This document shows positions 1 to 9,685 of a stretch of DNA of 64,000 nt, one piece after another. Within the stretch, counting starts at the first letter, position 1. Each line of letters begins with the position of its first letter. The stretch lies in contig JBBQSO010000011.1 of assembly GCA_038213805.1 (NCBI GenBank), positions 4,205-68,204 of the forward strand. The letters are read 5' to 3'. The DNA is from Planctomycetota bacterium. GTDB lineage: Bacteria; Planctomycetota; UBA11346. The notes beneath the pieces are model-generated. The model was not told the DNA's origin, did no database searches, and worked only from the letters and a program-made list of their open reading frames with translations. Both the position numbers and the translations under genes were made by a program.

Positions 1-2
1 AG

Positions 3-638
3 GCCGAGACTTGGCGTACGGTCGCCATCGCCTGCCTGATCGCGGTGGGCATGGGTATCATCGCCCTGGGCAAGGACGGCTCCGGCCGCAATCACCTCAT
101 GGAGGCGGTCGTGCTGGTCTCGACGCTGGCCGCCGCCAGCCTGGTGCGCGTACTGCGCATGGAGCCCGGCAGGTTGCGCACCGGGCTGATGGTCTGCGCC
201 GTCGCCCTGGCCGTGATGCTGGGCGGACGGCCGAACAATTCGTTGTTCCTCGATCCGACCGGAATCAGGCGCGGCGATGCCGACGACGTGGCCTGGCACC
301 GCACGCTGCAGGAGGTGCTCGCCTCCGCGCCGAAGCCGGCGTTCGTCAGCGACGACATCCTGGCCCAGCCCTGGTACGCGAACGAGGGCCGTTATCCGGG
401 CAACGTGCCGGATCTGATCTTCTACCAGACCTGCCGGCGCAAGGGGCTGACCAGCGAGGGCGGGTTTGGCTACCTGGTCGCGCACCAGCAGATCAGTGCG
501 ATCCTGGTCGGCCGCAGCCCGGCGCTGGACGAGGATCTGCTGGGGCCTGCAGAGCGCGCAGGCTGGACGGCGCGACCACTGCCCGAGACGCTGGCCAAGG
601 CGGGCATCGTATACATGGTCGCGCCCGTCGCTCACTGA
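3..638 (+). CDS. Membrane protein, 5' truncated by window edge (possible GT-C-like membrane glycosyltransferase C-terminus)
   Basis: Frame is open from position 3 into ORF 45..638; hydrophobic segments and a GKDGSGRNHLME loop; GC3-rich codons. Confidence 0.55.
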   Translation, partial: AETWRTVAIACLIAVGMGIIALGKDGSGRNHLMEAVVLVSTLAAASLVRVLRMEPGRLRTGLMVCAVALAVMLGGRPNNSLFLDPTGIRRGDADDVAWHRTLQEVLASAPKPAFVSDDILAQPWYANEGRYPGNVPDLIFYQTCRRKGLTSEGGFGYLVAHQQISAILVGRSPALDEDLLGPAERAGWTARPLPETLAKAGIVYMVAPVAH

Positions 639-719
639 GGGGTTGGCTGAGCGGAGCCTTATCGTTGGATTGAATTCAGGTCGCAGCGGTGGCACCGCGC
701 ATTGGCGATGTGCGGAGTC

Positions 720-826
720 GCCATCAGCCATCAGCCATCAGCCATCAGCTATCAGCTATCAGCTATCAGCCATCAGCCATCAGCCATCAGCCATCAGCCA
801 TCAGCCATCAGCTATCAGCTATCAGC
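720..826. repeat. Tandem heptamer array (GCYATCA)x15
   Basis: Counted directly: GCCATCA x4, GCTATCA x3, GCCATCA x6, GCTATCA x2, then GC; the last unit overlaps the stop codon of the 822..3017 gene. Confidence 0.97.
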
Positions 827-3017
827 GCCCATCGACGTTCTGTTCCAACTGCCGCGTCAACTCTGCGGGAGTCGTCACCGCGGTTAGGCAGCGCCTGCCA
901 ATGCACAGATAGGCCGTCGCCTGCCCGCCGCTGCGCGGCATCGGCACGATCGCGGGAAAGCGCTGGCGCAGGGCAGCGAGTTCGGGCCCGTCGTCGAGGA
1001 TCAGGATGCGCAGCCGCGGACGCAGTCCCGCGGCTGCGGCGGCGAGCAGCGCGCGCGTGGCGGGCTGCGCGGGATCGCCCATGATGGTCAGGTGCGCAGC
1101 GTCGCCAAGCGCCTCATCGAGTGCGCCGAGCAGCGCGGGATGGCCCTCGGGATCCGCCGCACCGCGTCGGCGCGCTCCCGCCAGCAAGCGCGTGACGCGT
1201 GCCTGCCAGATGTCGTCCTCAGTGAGCGCGGTCAGCACTAGCAGGTTGCGCGTGGCGACCGCGTCCGCGGACGGCTCCGCGCCATCGCCATCATCGTGCA
1301 GGCGTGCAACCAGCCCGGTGACGCGTGCGTCCGCGCTGGCGTAGCCGCCGGCGGCCTCGTCCCAGAATTGGCGGTCGAGCACGTCCTGAAGTTCGACGGC
1401 CCAGGCCAGCCAGCGCAGGCCCGCGCCGGCCTGGTGCAGGGCGAGCAGTCCGCGGATCAGGCAGGCGTAGTCGCTGGCGGTGCCGGCCGCGGTCTGGCGG
1501 TTGAAGCCGGTGCGCGCCAGGAACACGCCCGACTGCCAGTGGCTGGCGCGCAGCGCCTCGGCCGCAGCCACCGCCGCGGCGAGCGCACGCGGTTCGCCCA
1601 GCATCATCCCTGCGCGCGCCAGGGCAGCGATCATCAACCCGTTCCACGCCGCCACGGCCTGATCGTCACGCGCCGGGCGCGGGCGGGACTGGCGCGCCGC
1701 AAGCAGGCGGGCGCGGGCTGTCGCGAAGGCCGCCGCATCGGCCTCTGGCACCGGTGCGGTGAGCGCCAGGACGTTCAATCCGGCGAGTTCATGCTGGCGG
1801 TCGAGGGCGGGCGAGACGTTCCCGGCCGGCGCGATGCCGTAGGCAGCAAAGATCAGCGGCGTCAGGCGCTCGCCATCACCGCCCGCGCCGAGCACCTTTG
1901 CTACCGCGGCCGCGCTCCAGGTGTAGAACGCGCCTTCGCCGTGCTCACCGGGGCGGTCGGGGCGCTCGCTGTCGGCGTCCTCGGCAGCTGCGAAGCTGCC
2001 GTCCGCGCGGCGCAGGTTGCCCAGCACGTAATCGACGATGTCGAGCGCCACGGCGCGCCACGCTGGATCGCCGCTCAGCGCCCAGGCGTCGAGGTAGCTG
2101 TCGAGCAGCTGCGCCTGGTCGTAGAGCATCTTCTCGAAATGCGGCACGCGCCAGGCGGCGTCGACGGCGTAGCGGTGGAAGCCGCCGCCGAGCTGGTCGT
2201 GGATGCCGCCCGCCGCCAACGCGGCCCAGGTGGTCCGGCACATGCCGAGCAGCCGCTCGCGCTCTGCAGGCAGGCGCGCGGCCAGGCGCACCAGCAGGTC
2301 GAGACTGGCGGGACGCGGGAATTTTGGCGCGCCACCGAAACCGCCGTGCACGGTGTCGAAGCGTGCGGTGAAGGCCGCGGCCGCGGCCGAGAACAACGCG
2401 CCGTCGCCGTCCGCGGAGGGGTCCTGCGTCTGGCCGCCGCGCGCGCCGTAATCCACCAGGGTCTTCACCACGTCCTCGGCCTGCGCGGTGAGCTCGCCGC
2501 GGCGCTCTTTCCAGGCTGCGGCGAAGCGCGTCAGGTTGTCCTTCAGTAGTGCCGGCGGGAAGTAGGTGCCGCCGACCAGTGGACGGCGTTCCGGGGTCAG
2601 CCACACGGTCAGCGGCCAGCCACCGCTGCCAGTCGCGGCCTGGACGAAGGTCTGGTAGAGCTGGTCGACGTCCGGGCGTTCCTCGCGATCGACCTTGATG
2701 CACACGTACCGCTCGTTGAGAAGCGCTGCGATCGCGGGATCGCTGAAGCTCTCGCGCGCCATGACGTGGCACCAGTGGCAGGTCGCATAGCCGATCGAGA
2801 GCAGCACCGGCTTGCCTGCTGCCGCGGCCTCGGCGAAGGCTGCGTCGCCCCATGGGCGCCAGTGCACCGGATTTTCCGCGTGGCTGCGCAGGTAGGGGCT
2901 GGGCGCGTCCGCGAGCAGGTTGGCGGCCGGCAGCGCGCCCGGGGCGGCATCCGCGGCGGGCAACGCCGGCCAGCAGCCGGCGCAGGCGGCGAGCAGGGCG
3001 GCGAGATGCGTGCTCAC
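822..3017 (-). CDS. Thioredoxin domain-containing protein, DUF255/YyaL (SPATA20-like) family
   Basis: [72 protein letters not shown]; GTG start at 3017 overlaps the upstream stop (GTGA); N-terminus is signal-peptide-like. Confidence 0.9.
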   Translation of the reverse strand: MSTHLAALLAACAGCWPALPAADAAPGALPAANLLADAPSPYLRSHAENPVHWRPWGDAAFAEAAAAGKPVLLSIGYATCHWCHVMARESFSDPAIAALLNERYVCIKVDREERPDVDQLYQTFVQAATGSGGWPLTVWLTPERRPLVGGTYFPPALLKDNLTRFAAAWKERRGELTAQAEDVVKTLVDYGARGGQTQDPSADGDGALFSAAAAAFTARFDTVHGGFGGAPKFPRPASLDLLVRLAARLPAERERLLGMCRTTWAALAAGGIHDQLGGGFHRYAVDAAWRVPHFEKMLYDQAQLLDSYLDAWALSGDPAWRAVALDIVDYVLGNLRRADGSFAAAEDADSERPDRPGEHGEGAFYTWSAAAVAKVLGAGGDGERLTPLIFAAYGIAPAGNVSPALDRQHELAGLNVLALTAPVPEADAAAFATARARLLAARQSRPRPARDDQAVAAWNGLMIAALARAGMMLGEPRALAAAVAAAEALRASHWQSGVFLARTGFNRQTAAGTASDYACLIRGLLALHQAGAGLRWLAWAVELQDVLDRQFWDEAAGGYASADARVTGLVARLHDDGDGAEPSADAVATRNLLVLTALTEDDIWQARVTRLLAGARRRGAADPEGHPALLGALDEALGDAAHLTIMGDPAQPATRALLAAAAAGLRPRLRILILDDGPELAALRQRFPAIVPMPRSGGQATAYLCIGRRCLTAVTTPAELTRQLEQNVDGR

Positions 3018-3973
3018 CGCACGGCTGCGGCACGGCGACCGTATACCGTGTCCGGCCAGCGTTTGGCGATCTGCGGCAAAGCGGCCTTGCCTGCCGCCTG
3101 GTCGGCAGGCTTGAGCGAAGCGAGCAGCGTCTGACAGGAGTGGAACGCGGTGCGCGCAGCGAGCTCGGGTTTGATGGCCTTGTCCTTGCCCAGCTCCTTG
3201 AGCCGTTCCTGCGCATCCTTGAGCTCGAGGCCCTGCCCTTCCCCGAGGAGGTTCTCGAGCGCTTCGTAGGTAACGAACGTGCCAGGTGCGGCGACCAGCT
3301 CCGCGGCGCGCGTCGTGAAGCTGTCGCTGACGGTGGCAAGCACGCCCTGCAACTGGTCCTGGACCGGCGATTTGGTCTTGGCGGCGCTGACCAGGCTGCG
3401 GACCGCATCCGGTCGCTGGCGCTCGACCTGCCACCACACCTCTTTCACGCGCTCATCGCTGAGCCCGGGGGCGGGATAGCGGAACGCACCCGCCTCCTTG
3501 CTGGTGAAAAAAGTCTCGAAGGTCGCGGCTGGCGTGTTCCAGGCCAACTCCGCACGTTCGCGATGATCGCCGCCGTAGGCGCCGACCTGGTAGACGTTCT
3601 GCAAGCTGATGCGCTGGCCGTTGACCGGATCGCTGGCCCACAGCGCGTGGTCCATGTGGTAGCTGCGCTCGCGGTTGAGGGCGAGGGCCTCGGCAGGTCC
3701 GAGATCCGGAGTGGCGAGGACCAGGGTCATCGGCACCTTGCGGGTCTCGATGAAGTCGTAGAGCCCCTTGATCTGCTTGCCGAGATAGGCCGCGGCAGTC
3801 GGGCAGTGCCCGCAGAAGTACACCACGGTCACGCCCTGGTCGGGGAAGTCGGCGAAGGAGCGCGTCTTGCCGTCGCTGAAGCGCAGATCGGCGAGCGGAT
3901 CGGCGGCGTCCAGGTGGGCGGTGGCGACCAGCAGAGATGCAGCCATGAGGGTGGCGAAGGCGGCGTTGCGCAT
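3014..3973 (-). CDS. Secreted redoxin/thioredoxin-fold protein (CGHC motif) with helical C-terminus
   Basis: Signal peptide [23 protein letters not shown]; [10 protein letters not shown]...VVYFCGHCP redoxin-like segment. Confidence 0.7.
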   Translation of the reverse strand: MRNAAFATLMAASLLVATAHLDAADPLADLRFSDGKTRSFADFPDQGVTVVYFCGHCPTAAAYLGKQIKGLYDFIETRKVPMTLVLATPDLGPAEALALNRERSYHMDHALWASDPVNGQRISLQNVYQVGAYGGDHRERAELAWNTPAATFETFFTSKEAGAFRYPAPGLSDERVKEVWWQVERQRPDAVRSLVSAAKTKSPVQDQLQGVLATVSDSFTTRAAELVAAPGTFVTYEALENLLGEGQGLELKDAQERLKELGKDKAIKPELAARTAFHSCQTLLASLKPADQAAGKAALPQIAKRWPDTVYGRRAAAVR

Positions 3974-4172
3974 GGCTGGGGCTCCGGGACGTGGCTGGCC
4001 AGCCTAGGCCGCGAATCCTCGCGCGCCACCGCCAGCCGACGACCCGCCGCAGCCTGGGGGCGCACCACCGCCCCGCGGCGTCCGAAGCGGTGGGCGCTTG
4101 TCCGCGGCCGCGCCGGCCCATGGTGCGCAGCATGTCCGGCCCGCCCGCACGTCGCGAACGCGCAACCAGCCC

Positions 4173-6371
4173 ATGAATCCTCCGACCATCGCGCTGGTCC
4201 CGCCCGCCTCCAGCACGCCTGTGCGTTCTCCCGGCCAGCGCCTGGGCGCCGCGCTGGTCTCGCCGCGTGGCATCCTGCTGGTCATCCCACTGCTGGTGGC
4301 CCTCGCCGGCTTCGCCAACCTGGTCACTGGCAGCGCCATCCTGACGCGCAGCCTCGACGAGCTGGTGCGCGTGCGCTTCTCCGACCAGGCCGACCACCTC
4401 GCCGACCTGGTGCGCACCAGCCTGGTGCGCGCGCAGACCAAGCTCGCCTGGTTCCACGCCCTGCTCGACGAGCAGGGCGCCGCGGTCGACCGCGGCGCCC
4501 TCGCCCGGCACCTCCAGCGCGCCATGAAGGAGAACGCCAGCATCGCCTACATGAGCCTTTCGCGCGCCGACGGTTCCTTCCAGGCCGCGCTACGCCGCCA
4601 GGATGACGGCACACTGCACTGGCAGGAGAGCAGCGCGCCGACCGCCACGGCGACCGGCCAGGACCAGATCTTCGCGCTCGACGCGCAGGGCGCGATCGGT
4701 GCTGGCGAGCCGCCCACGCCAACCGCCTACGATCCGCGCCAGCGCCCGTTCTACATCCTCGCCCAGCAGCGCCGCGCGCGCATCTGGACCGAGCCCTACC
4801 TGTTCTACCGCAGTGCGGTGACCGGGGTGAGTTGCGCCGAGCCGTGGTACGCCGCGGACGGCAGCCTGCGTGGCGTGCTGACCATCGACTTCGATCTCGA
4901 CAGCATGAGCCTTGGGCTGGCCGCGCTGCACAATCTTCCGGACTCGCGCAGCGCGCTGTTCCAGCGCTCGGGCGCGCTGCTCGCGGGCGCCGGGCCCGGC
5001 ATGCACCCGCCGGCGCGCGCCGACGGTGCGGCCGTCAACCGCGCCCTGGCCAGCCTCGGTGACTGTCCGGATCCGCTCGCCCGCGAGCTGCTGGTGCAGG
5101 TGATCTCGCACGGCACCGACCATCCTGGCACGCGCATGTCCGGGATGCTGCAGCACCCGCAGGACGGTCCGGTGCTGTTCGAGATCGTGCCCTGTCCGGT
5201 CGGCGACGAGCAGCTGTGGTGGCTGGGCAGCTATGCGCCGCGCGAAGCCCTGCTCGGTCCGGTCAAGGAGCTGCGCACGCGCGGCCTGGTCATCGCCCTG
5301 GCCTCGGTGCTCATTGCCGGCGCCCTCGCCAGCGCCTTTGCGCGCCACGTGGTGCGCACCGAGCAGGCGCACGCCGCGGCGCGGCGCGCGGTCAGGGTCG
5401 CCGAAAGCCGCGCCGACGAGCTCGGCGCCTACCGCCTGCTCAAGAAGCTCGGCGAAGGTGGCATGGGCGAGGTGTGGCGCGCCGAGCACCGCCAACTCGC
5501 GCGCCCGGCGGCGATAAAACTCATCCGCGCCCAGCTCGGCGGTTCCGACGCCAGCAGCGAGCACATCCAGCGCTTCGAGCGCGAAGCCCAGGCCATCGCC
5601 AGCCTGCGCAGCAGCCACACCATCGATCTCTACGACTTTGGTGTCGCTGCCGATGGCGGGTTGTTCTACGTCATGGAGCTGCTCGACGGTCTCGACCTCG
5701 ACGACCTGGTCGCACGCTTCGGCCCCCAGCCGGCCGGCCGGGTGATCAGGGTCCTGGTGCAGATCTGCTCATCGCTGGGCGAGGCGCACGCGCGCGGGCT
5801 GATCCACCGCGACATCAAGCCAGCCAACGTCTACCTGTGCCGCCAGGCCGACGAGGTCGACGTGGTCAAGGTGCTCGATTTCGGCCTGGTTCTGGCCAAC
5901 GAGAAGGTCAGCGGCCAGGAGCGGCTGACCAATTCCGGCCTGGTCCATGGCACGCCGGCGTACATGGCGCCGGAGCAGGCCCAGGGCGATGCACTCGACG
6001 GTCGCGCCGACCTGTATGCGCTGGGCTGCGTCGCCTACTGGCTGCTGACCGGTGAGACGGTGTTCGCGGACAAGGGCACCATGCAGCAGATCATCAGCCA
6101 CGTCGAGCGCCCGCCGCGGCCGCTGGCCGAGGTGGTGAAACATCCGCTGCCGCCCGGACTGGCCGAGATCATCATGGGCTGCCTGGCCAAGGATCCGGCG
6201 CAGCGGCCGCGCGACGCCAAGGCCCTCGCGGATGCCCTGCGCGCCGTGGCGTGCGCCGGCGCCGACGCCTGGACCGACGCCGAGGCGCAGCGCTGGTGGG
6301 CGGCCAACATACCGCTCGCCGACTTCAGCCGCCCGATCAACCCGGATGCGGCGTCGATGCGGCGGCGGTAG
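4173..6371 (+). CDS. Membrane Ser/Thr protein kinase with extracytoplasmic Cache-like sensor domain
   Basis: TM, then YDPRQRPFY...IWTEPY...GVLTIDF (Cache motifs), TM, then LGEGGMGEVW, AAIK, IHRDIKPAN, DFG, GTPAYMAPE. Confidence 0.9.
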   Translation: MNPPTIALVPPASSTPVRSPGQRLGAALVSPRGILLVIPLLVALAGFANLVTGSAILTRSLDELVRVRFSDQADHLADLVRTSLVRAQTKLAWFHALLDEQGAAVDRGALARHLQRAMKENASIAYMSLSRADGSFQAALRRQDDGTLHWQESSAPTATATGQDQIFALDAQGAIGAGEPPTPTAYDPRQRPFYILAQQRRARIWTEPYLFYRSAVTGVSCAEPWYAADGSLRGVLTIDFDLDSMSLGLAALHNLPDSRSALFQRSGALLAGAGPGMHPPARADGAAVNRALASLGDCPDPLARELLVQVISHGTDHPGTRMSGMLQHPQDGPVLFEIVPCPVGDEQLWWLGSYAPREALLGPVKELRTRGLVIALASVLIAGALASAFARHVVRTEQAHAAARRAVRVAESRADELGAYRLLKKLGEGGMGEVWRAEHRQLARPAAIKLIRAQLGGSDASSEHIQRFEREAQAIASLRSSHTIDLYDFGVAADGGLFYVMELLDGLDLDDLVARFGPQPAGRVIRVLVQICSSLGEAHARGLIHRDIKPANVYLCRQADEVDVVKVLDFGLVLANEKVSGQERLTNSGLVHGTPAYMAPEQAQGDALDGRADLYALGCVAYWLLTGETVFADKGTMQQIISHVERPPRPLAEVVKHPLPPGLAEIIMGCLAKDPAQRPRDAKALADALRAVACAGADAWTDAEAQRWWAANIPLADFSRPINPDAASMRRR

Positions 6372-6395
6372 ACCCCGGGCGGGTCGTGGGCTCCA

Positions 6396-6546
6396 GGAGT
6401 GTGCGGAGTGCGGAGTGACCAGGGTGCGGTTGCTGATTGCCGGCTCGACGGCCGCAATACCTCACGTGGTCGATGATCGGGAATGGCGGAGCTGGTGGTG
6501 ACCACCGTCAACGGTCACTCGGCACTCCGCACTCCGCACTCCGCAC
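6396..6546. repeat. Inverted heptamer-arm element, (GCGGAGT)n ... (CACTCCG)n
   Basis: GTGCGGAGTGCGGAGTGACC (6401-6420) is the reverse complement of GGTCACTCGGCACTCCGCAC (6513-6532) at 19/20; the right arm continues as CACTCCG units to 6546. Confidence 0.9.
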
Positions 6547-6566
6547 CAGTCAAACCCGGCCCCAGT

Positions 6567-8078
6567 TCATACGCCCGGATCCTCCGCCACCTGTGCATCT
6601 GCTGCTGAGACCGCCGGCGTATCCGTGACCATTCCGGTGCGGTCCTCGACGTCATGGGTCTCGGTGCCGATGAATTCCAGCGCCAGCATGGTGGCGTCGT
6701 CCTGCAGCGCGCCGCCGGCGTAGCGTTTGACGTCGGCAGCAACGCGTGCGACGGTCGTGGCCAGGGCGACGTCGAGCAGGGCGACCAGCATACCCATTAG
6801 GCGCGGCTCGCCATATTGGGTGCCGGCGCGGTCGACCGCCTCGCTCAGCCCGTCGCTGGTGAAGACCACGCGATCGCCGGGGGCGAGCGTCACGGTTACC
6901 GGGCTGAGGCTGCGACGGAAGTCCGTCTGGTCGCGTACGCCCAGCGCCGCCCCCGGTTCGCCGATACGTTCCAGCACGCTGCGTCCGTGGCTGAGGCGCA
7001 GCGCCTGATGGTGCCCGGCGCGCAGCACGGTGAACTGGTCCCCATCCAGCACGCCGGCGATCATGGTCACGAACTGACCAGGGCGTAGGTCGCGGCGCAG
7101 GTCGTCGTTCAGCAGGGTCAGGATGTCGGCCGGATCATCATGCTCGCGCAGGATGAAGCGCAGCGCCTTGAGCGTCGCCAGCGCCACCATGGCACCCTGC
7201 GCGCCGTGGCCCGAGACATCGCCGAGGGCGATGAACGAACGCCCGTCGATCAGCTGCGCGCATTCGTAGAAGTCGCCGCCGACGGCGCTGAACGGTTCGT
7301 AGAAGGTCGCCAGCGCGCAGCCCGGCAGGGTCGGGCGCGCGGGCAGCATACGCGCGAACACCTGGCGCGCCTGGGCGAGGCCCTGCGCGCGGATGGCGTG
7401 GCGGTCGGCGATGCGCTCGATCGGGCGCTCCACCAACCGCTCCTGACCGGTCGACTCGTCGACGACGATGGCGTCGACACGCGTGGTGATGGTGGTGGGC
7501 GGGTCGACCGTCGCCGGCAGCACCGCGGCGCGCGCGACCGGCGGAGCCAGACGCTGCTGGCGGGCTTGGCGCATCACCTCGTCAAGGCGGGTGGCGACAG
7601 TGATCGGCATCTGGCGCAGGCCCGGGCTGTGCGCCAGGGCGGTGGCCATCTCTTCGACGACCTGGGGGGTGATCAGATCGGCGCGCGTCGGCAGAGCGAC
7701 CCAGGCCGCGGTGAAGGGGTTCAGCCAGCGGCCGTCCGGTCCGAACAAACGCAGGCGCGACTCGCCTTCGAGATGCTCGGCCAAGTAGAGTCGCCAGCGC
7801 AGGCGATGGAGATCGGCGACCGGGGCCGGCTTACCATGCGTCCATGGCTCGTTGGCGAGCAGGTAGGCCTTGGCCGGGTCGAGGTAGCCCAAAGGGGCGG
7901 CGATGCGCATGCCGGTATACGGGTCGAGCCACGCCAGCCCATCGACCGTCAGGACGCGGAAAGCCGGGTCATTGAGGAGCAGGGCGGTGACGCGCTCGGC
8001 AGGAGTCGGCTCGAGGACGACCGCTTGGTCATCATCCGGTGCATCCAGGTTCGCAGATGTGCCAAAGGGTGGGAACAT
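6567..8078 (-). CDS. PP2C/SpoIIE-family Ser/Thr phosphatase with uncharacterised N-terminal domain
   Basis: VGGDFY, LGDVSGHG, FVTM, TSDGLSEA, QDDATML; start uncertain (8078 or 8147). Confidence 0.88.
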   Translation of the reverse strand: MFPPFGTSANLDAPDDDQAVVLEPTPAERVTALLLNDPAFRVLTVDGLAWLDPYTGMRIAAPLGYLDPAKAYLLANEPWTHGKPAPVADLHRLRWRLYLAEHLEGESRLRLFGPDGRWLNPFTAAWVALPTRADLITPQVVEEMATALAHSPGLRQMPITVATRLDEVMRQARQQRLAPPVARAAVLPATVDPPTTITTRVDAIVVDESTGQERLVERPIERIADRHAIRAQGLAQARQVFARMLPARPTLPGCALATFYEPFSAVGGDFYECAQLIDGRSFIALGDVSGHGAQGAMVALATLKALRFILREHDDPADILTLLNDDLRRDLRPGQFVTMIAGVLDGDQFTVLRAGHHQALRLSHGRSVLERIGEPGAALGVRDQTDFRRSLSPVTVTLAPGDRVVFTSDGLSEAVDRAGTQYGEPRLMGMLVALLDVALATTVARVAADVKRYAGGALQDDATMLALEFIGTETHDVEDRTGMVTDTPAVSAADAQVAEDPGV

Positions 8079-8164
8079 GCCGTTCGGTATCCGCGAGCGG
8101 GGTTCGATGCGGGATGATGGCAGCCATCTACCAGGGGCAAGCGACATGAATGCGGTGTCGCGTT

Positions 8165-8503
8165 GCAGAAGGGGGGAGAGCGGGTGGCGGCAGAGGCGAA
8201 GGGAGCGAGGCCTGCAATCAGCAGGTGGGACGACCGACGTGGCACTAGGAACGAGGCAGGAAAGGGATGCTGAGTAGCAGGGGGATATGGGAATCAGGGG
8301 AGGGGTCGGTGAAATCGCCGGCTGATCAAAGAGATACGGCTGGGCGGGGAGAGGATGCGGAAGGGGAATTCACGAAGATGAGCACGCCGGCGGGTGTTGC
8401 CCGATCACCTTGATTTTGATGCCTACCCCGAACCCACGATCTCGCTCCCTTCCGCCCTCTGCCGTCCCCTACCTCCTGCCACCCGTTCCCTCTTCCTCCC
8501 TGC
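8165..8503. repeat. Degenerate inverted-arm element (purine-rich left arm, pyrimidine-rich right arm)
   Basis: 8165-8209 aligns with the reverse complement of 8441-8503 (CGGGTGG..CGGCAGAGG.CG.AAGGGAGCGAG), with a 14-nt insertion in the right arm. Confidence 0.65.
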
Positions 8504-8528
8504 GCGCTCCCGCGCATCATCCCGCGCC

Positions 8529-9494
8529 ATGATCAGACGCATGCTCGGCTCGACGGACCTGCTCATCTCCGCGGTCGGCTTCGGGGCCTTCGCGGCGGGG
8601 GGATGGATGTGGGGGGACCAGGACGACGCGCAGACCGCGGCGGCCATCCACGCGGCCATCGAAAGCGGAGTGAACTGGATCGACAGCGCCCCGATCTATG
8701 GATCAGGCAAGGCCGACGCCGCCATCGCCAAGGCGGTGCGCGGGTTGTCGGCGGCGCAGCGACCGCTGATCTTCACCAAGTTCGGCCACCATCTGGTCGA
8801 CGGGAAGCGCGTCTCGTCGGCGACGCGGGCAGAGGTCATCCGCGACTGCGACTACGCGCTGCAGGCTTTCGGGGTGGACCGCATCGATCTCTTCCAGCTG
8901 CATTGGCCTACGCCGGTTCCAGTCGCCGAGACCGCGGCCGCCTGCGCCGAATTGCTGCAGGCGGGAAAGATCCGCGCGATCGGCGTCTCGAATTTCTCGC
9001 ATGCCCAGCTCGAGGAATGGCACGCCACCGGCGCGCCGCTGCACGCTGTACAGAACCCCTACAGCATCTTCCGCACCGAGGTCGAGCGCGACGTGCTGCC
9101 GTGGTGCGCGCAGCACGGCGTCGGATTCCTCGCCTACTCGCCACTGCAGCGCGGCCTGCTCTTCGGCCACTGGCCGCGTGACAAGGCCTTCCCCCCCAGC
9201 GACCACCGCAGCGAGCGCCCGGACTACCGCGGCAAGCGCCTGCAGCGCTTCCTCGACGCCGTCGACGAGCTCAAAGTCCTCGCCGCCACCGACGACCAGA
9301 CCTGCGCCGAATTGGCGATCGGCTCGTTGATGTGCCACGAGGGCGTGACCGCCTGCATCGTCGGCGCACGCACCGCGGAGCAGGGGTCCTTCCTCGGCAC
9401 GCTGGGGATGCCGGCGAAGGCGGGGCAGTTGGCGAAGGTCGATGAGGTAGTCGCGCGGTTGCAGGCGGATCTTCTCGTCATCGGCGAGGCCTAG
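8529..9494 (+). CDS. Aldo/keto reductase
   Basis: GVNWIDSAPIYG, IDLFQLHWP, GKIRAIGVSNF, AYSPLQRGLL. Confidence 0.93.
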   Translation: MIRRMLGSTDLLISAVGFGAFAAGGWMWGDQDDAQTAAAIHAAIESGVNWIDSAPIYGSGKADAAIAKAVRGLSAAQRPLIFTKFGHHLVDGKRVSSATRAEVIRDCDYALQAFGVDRIDLFQLHWPTPVPVAETAAACAELLQAGKIRAIGVSNFSHAQLEEWHATGAPLHAVQNPYSIFRTEVERDVLPWCAQHGVGFLAYSPLQRGLLFGHWPRDKAFPPSDHRSERPDYRGKRLQRFLDAVDELKVLAATDDQTCAELAIGSLMCHEGVTACIVGARTAEQGSFLGTLGMPAKAGQLAKVDEVVARLQADLLVIGEA

Positions 9495-9685
9495 TCCGCC
9501 CAGCAGGCGCAGCGTCGCAGCGCAGAACCGGACAACCGTCAGTCTACGCCACCTGCGCCGACTCGACCGTGTCGTGATGCGCGCCGCCAGGTCGCCACGG
9601 GTCGGGGGGGACCTGGCGCATGCGGTTCCGCGGGCGCACCAGGTCCACGACCGCGACTGCGCTGCTGCAGATGTCGGCGACCGGC

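Noticed and set aside
720-826. CRISPR array
   Set aside because: Contiguous 7-mers with no spacers; no cas genes in the window
689-1084. ORFs containing [11 protein letters not shown] repeats (also the N-terminal extensions of 14162..15037 and 14953..16041)
   Set aside because: Translation artefacts of the heptamer arrays; not supported as proteins
3974-4172. Weak 7-periodicity in the intergenic region
   Set aside because: Too degenerate to distinguish from GC-rich background
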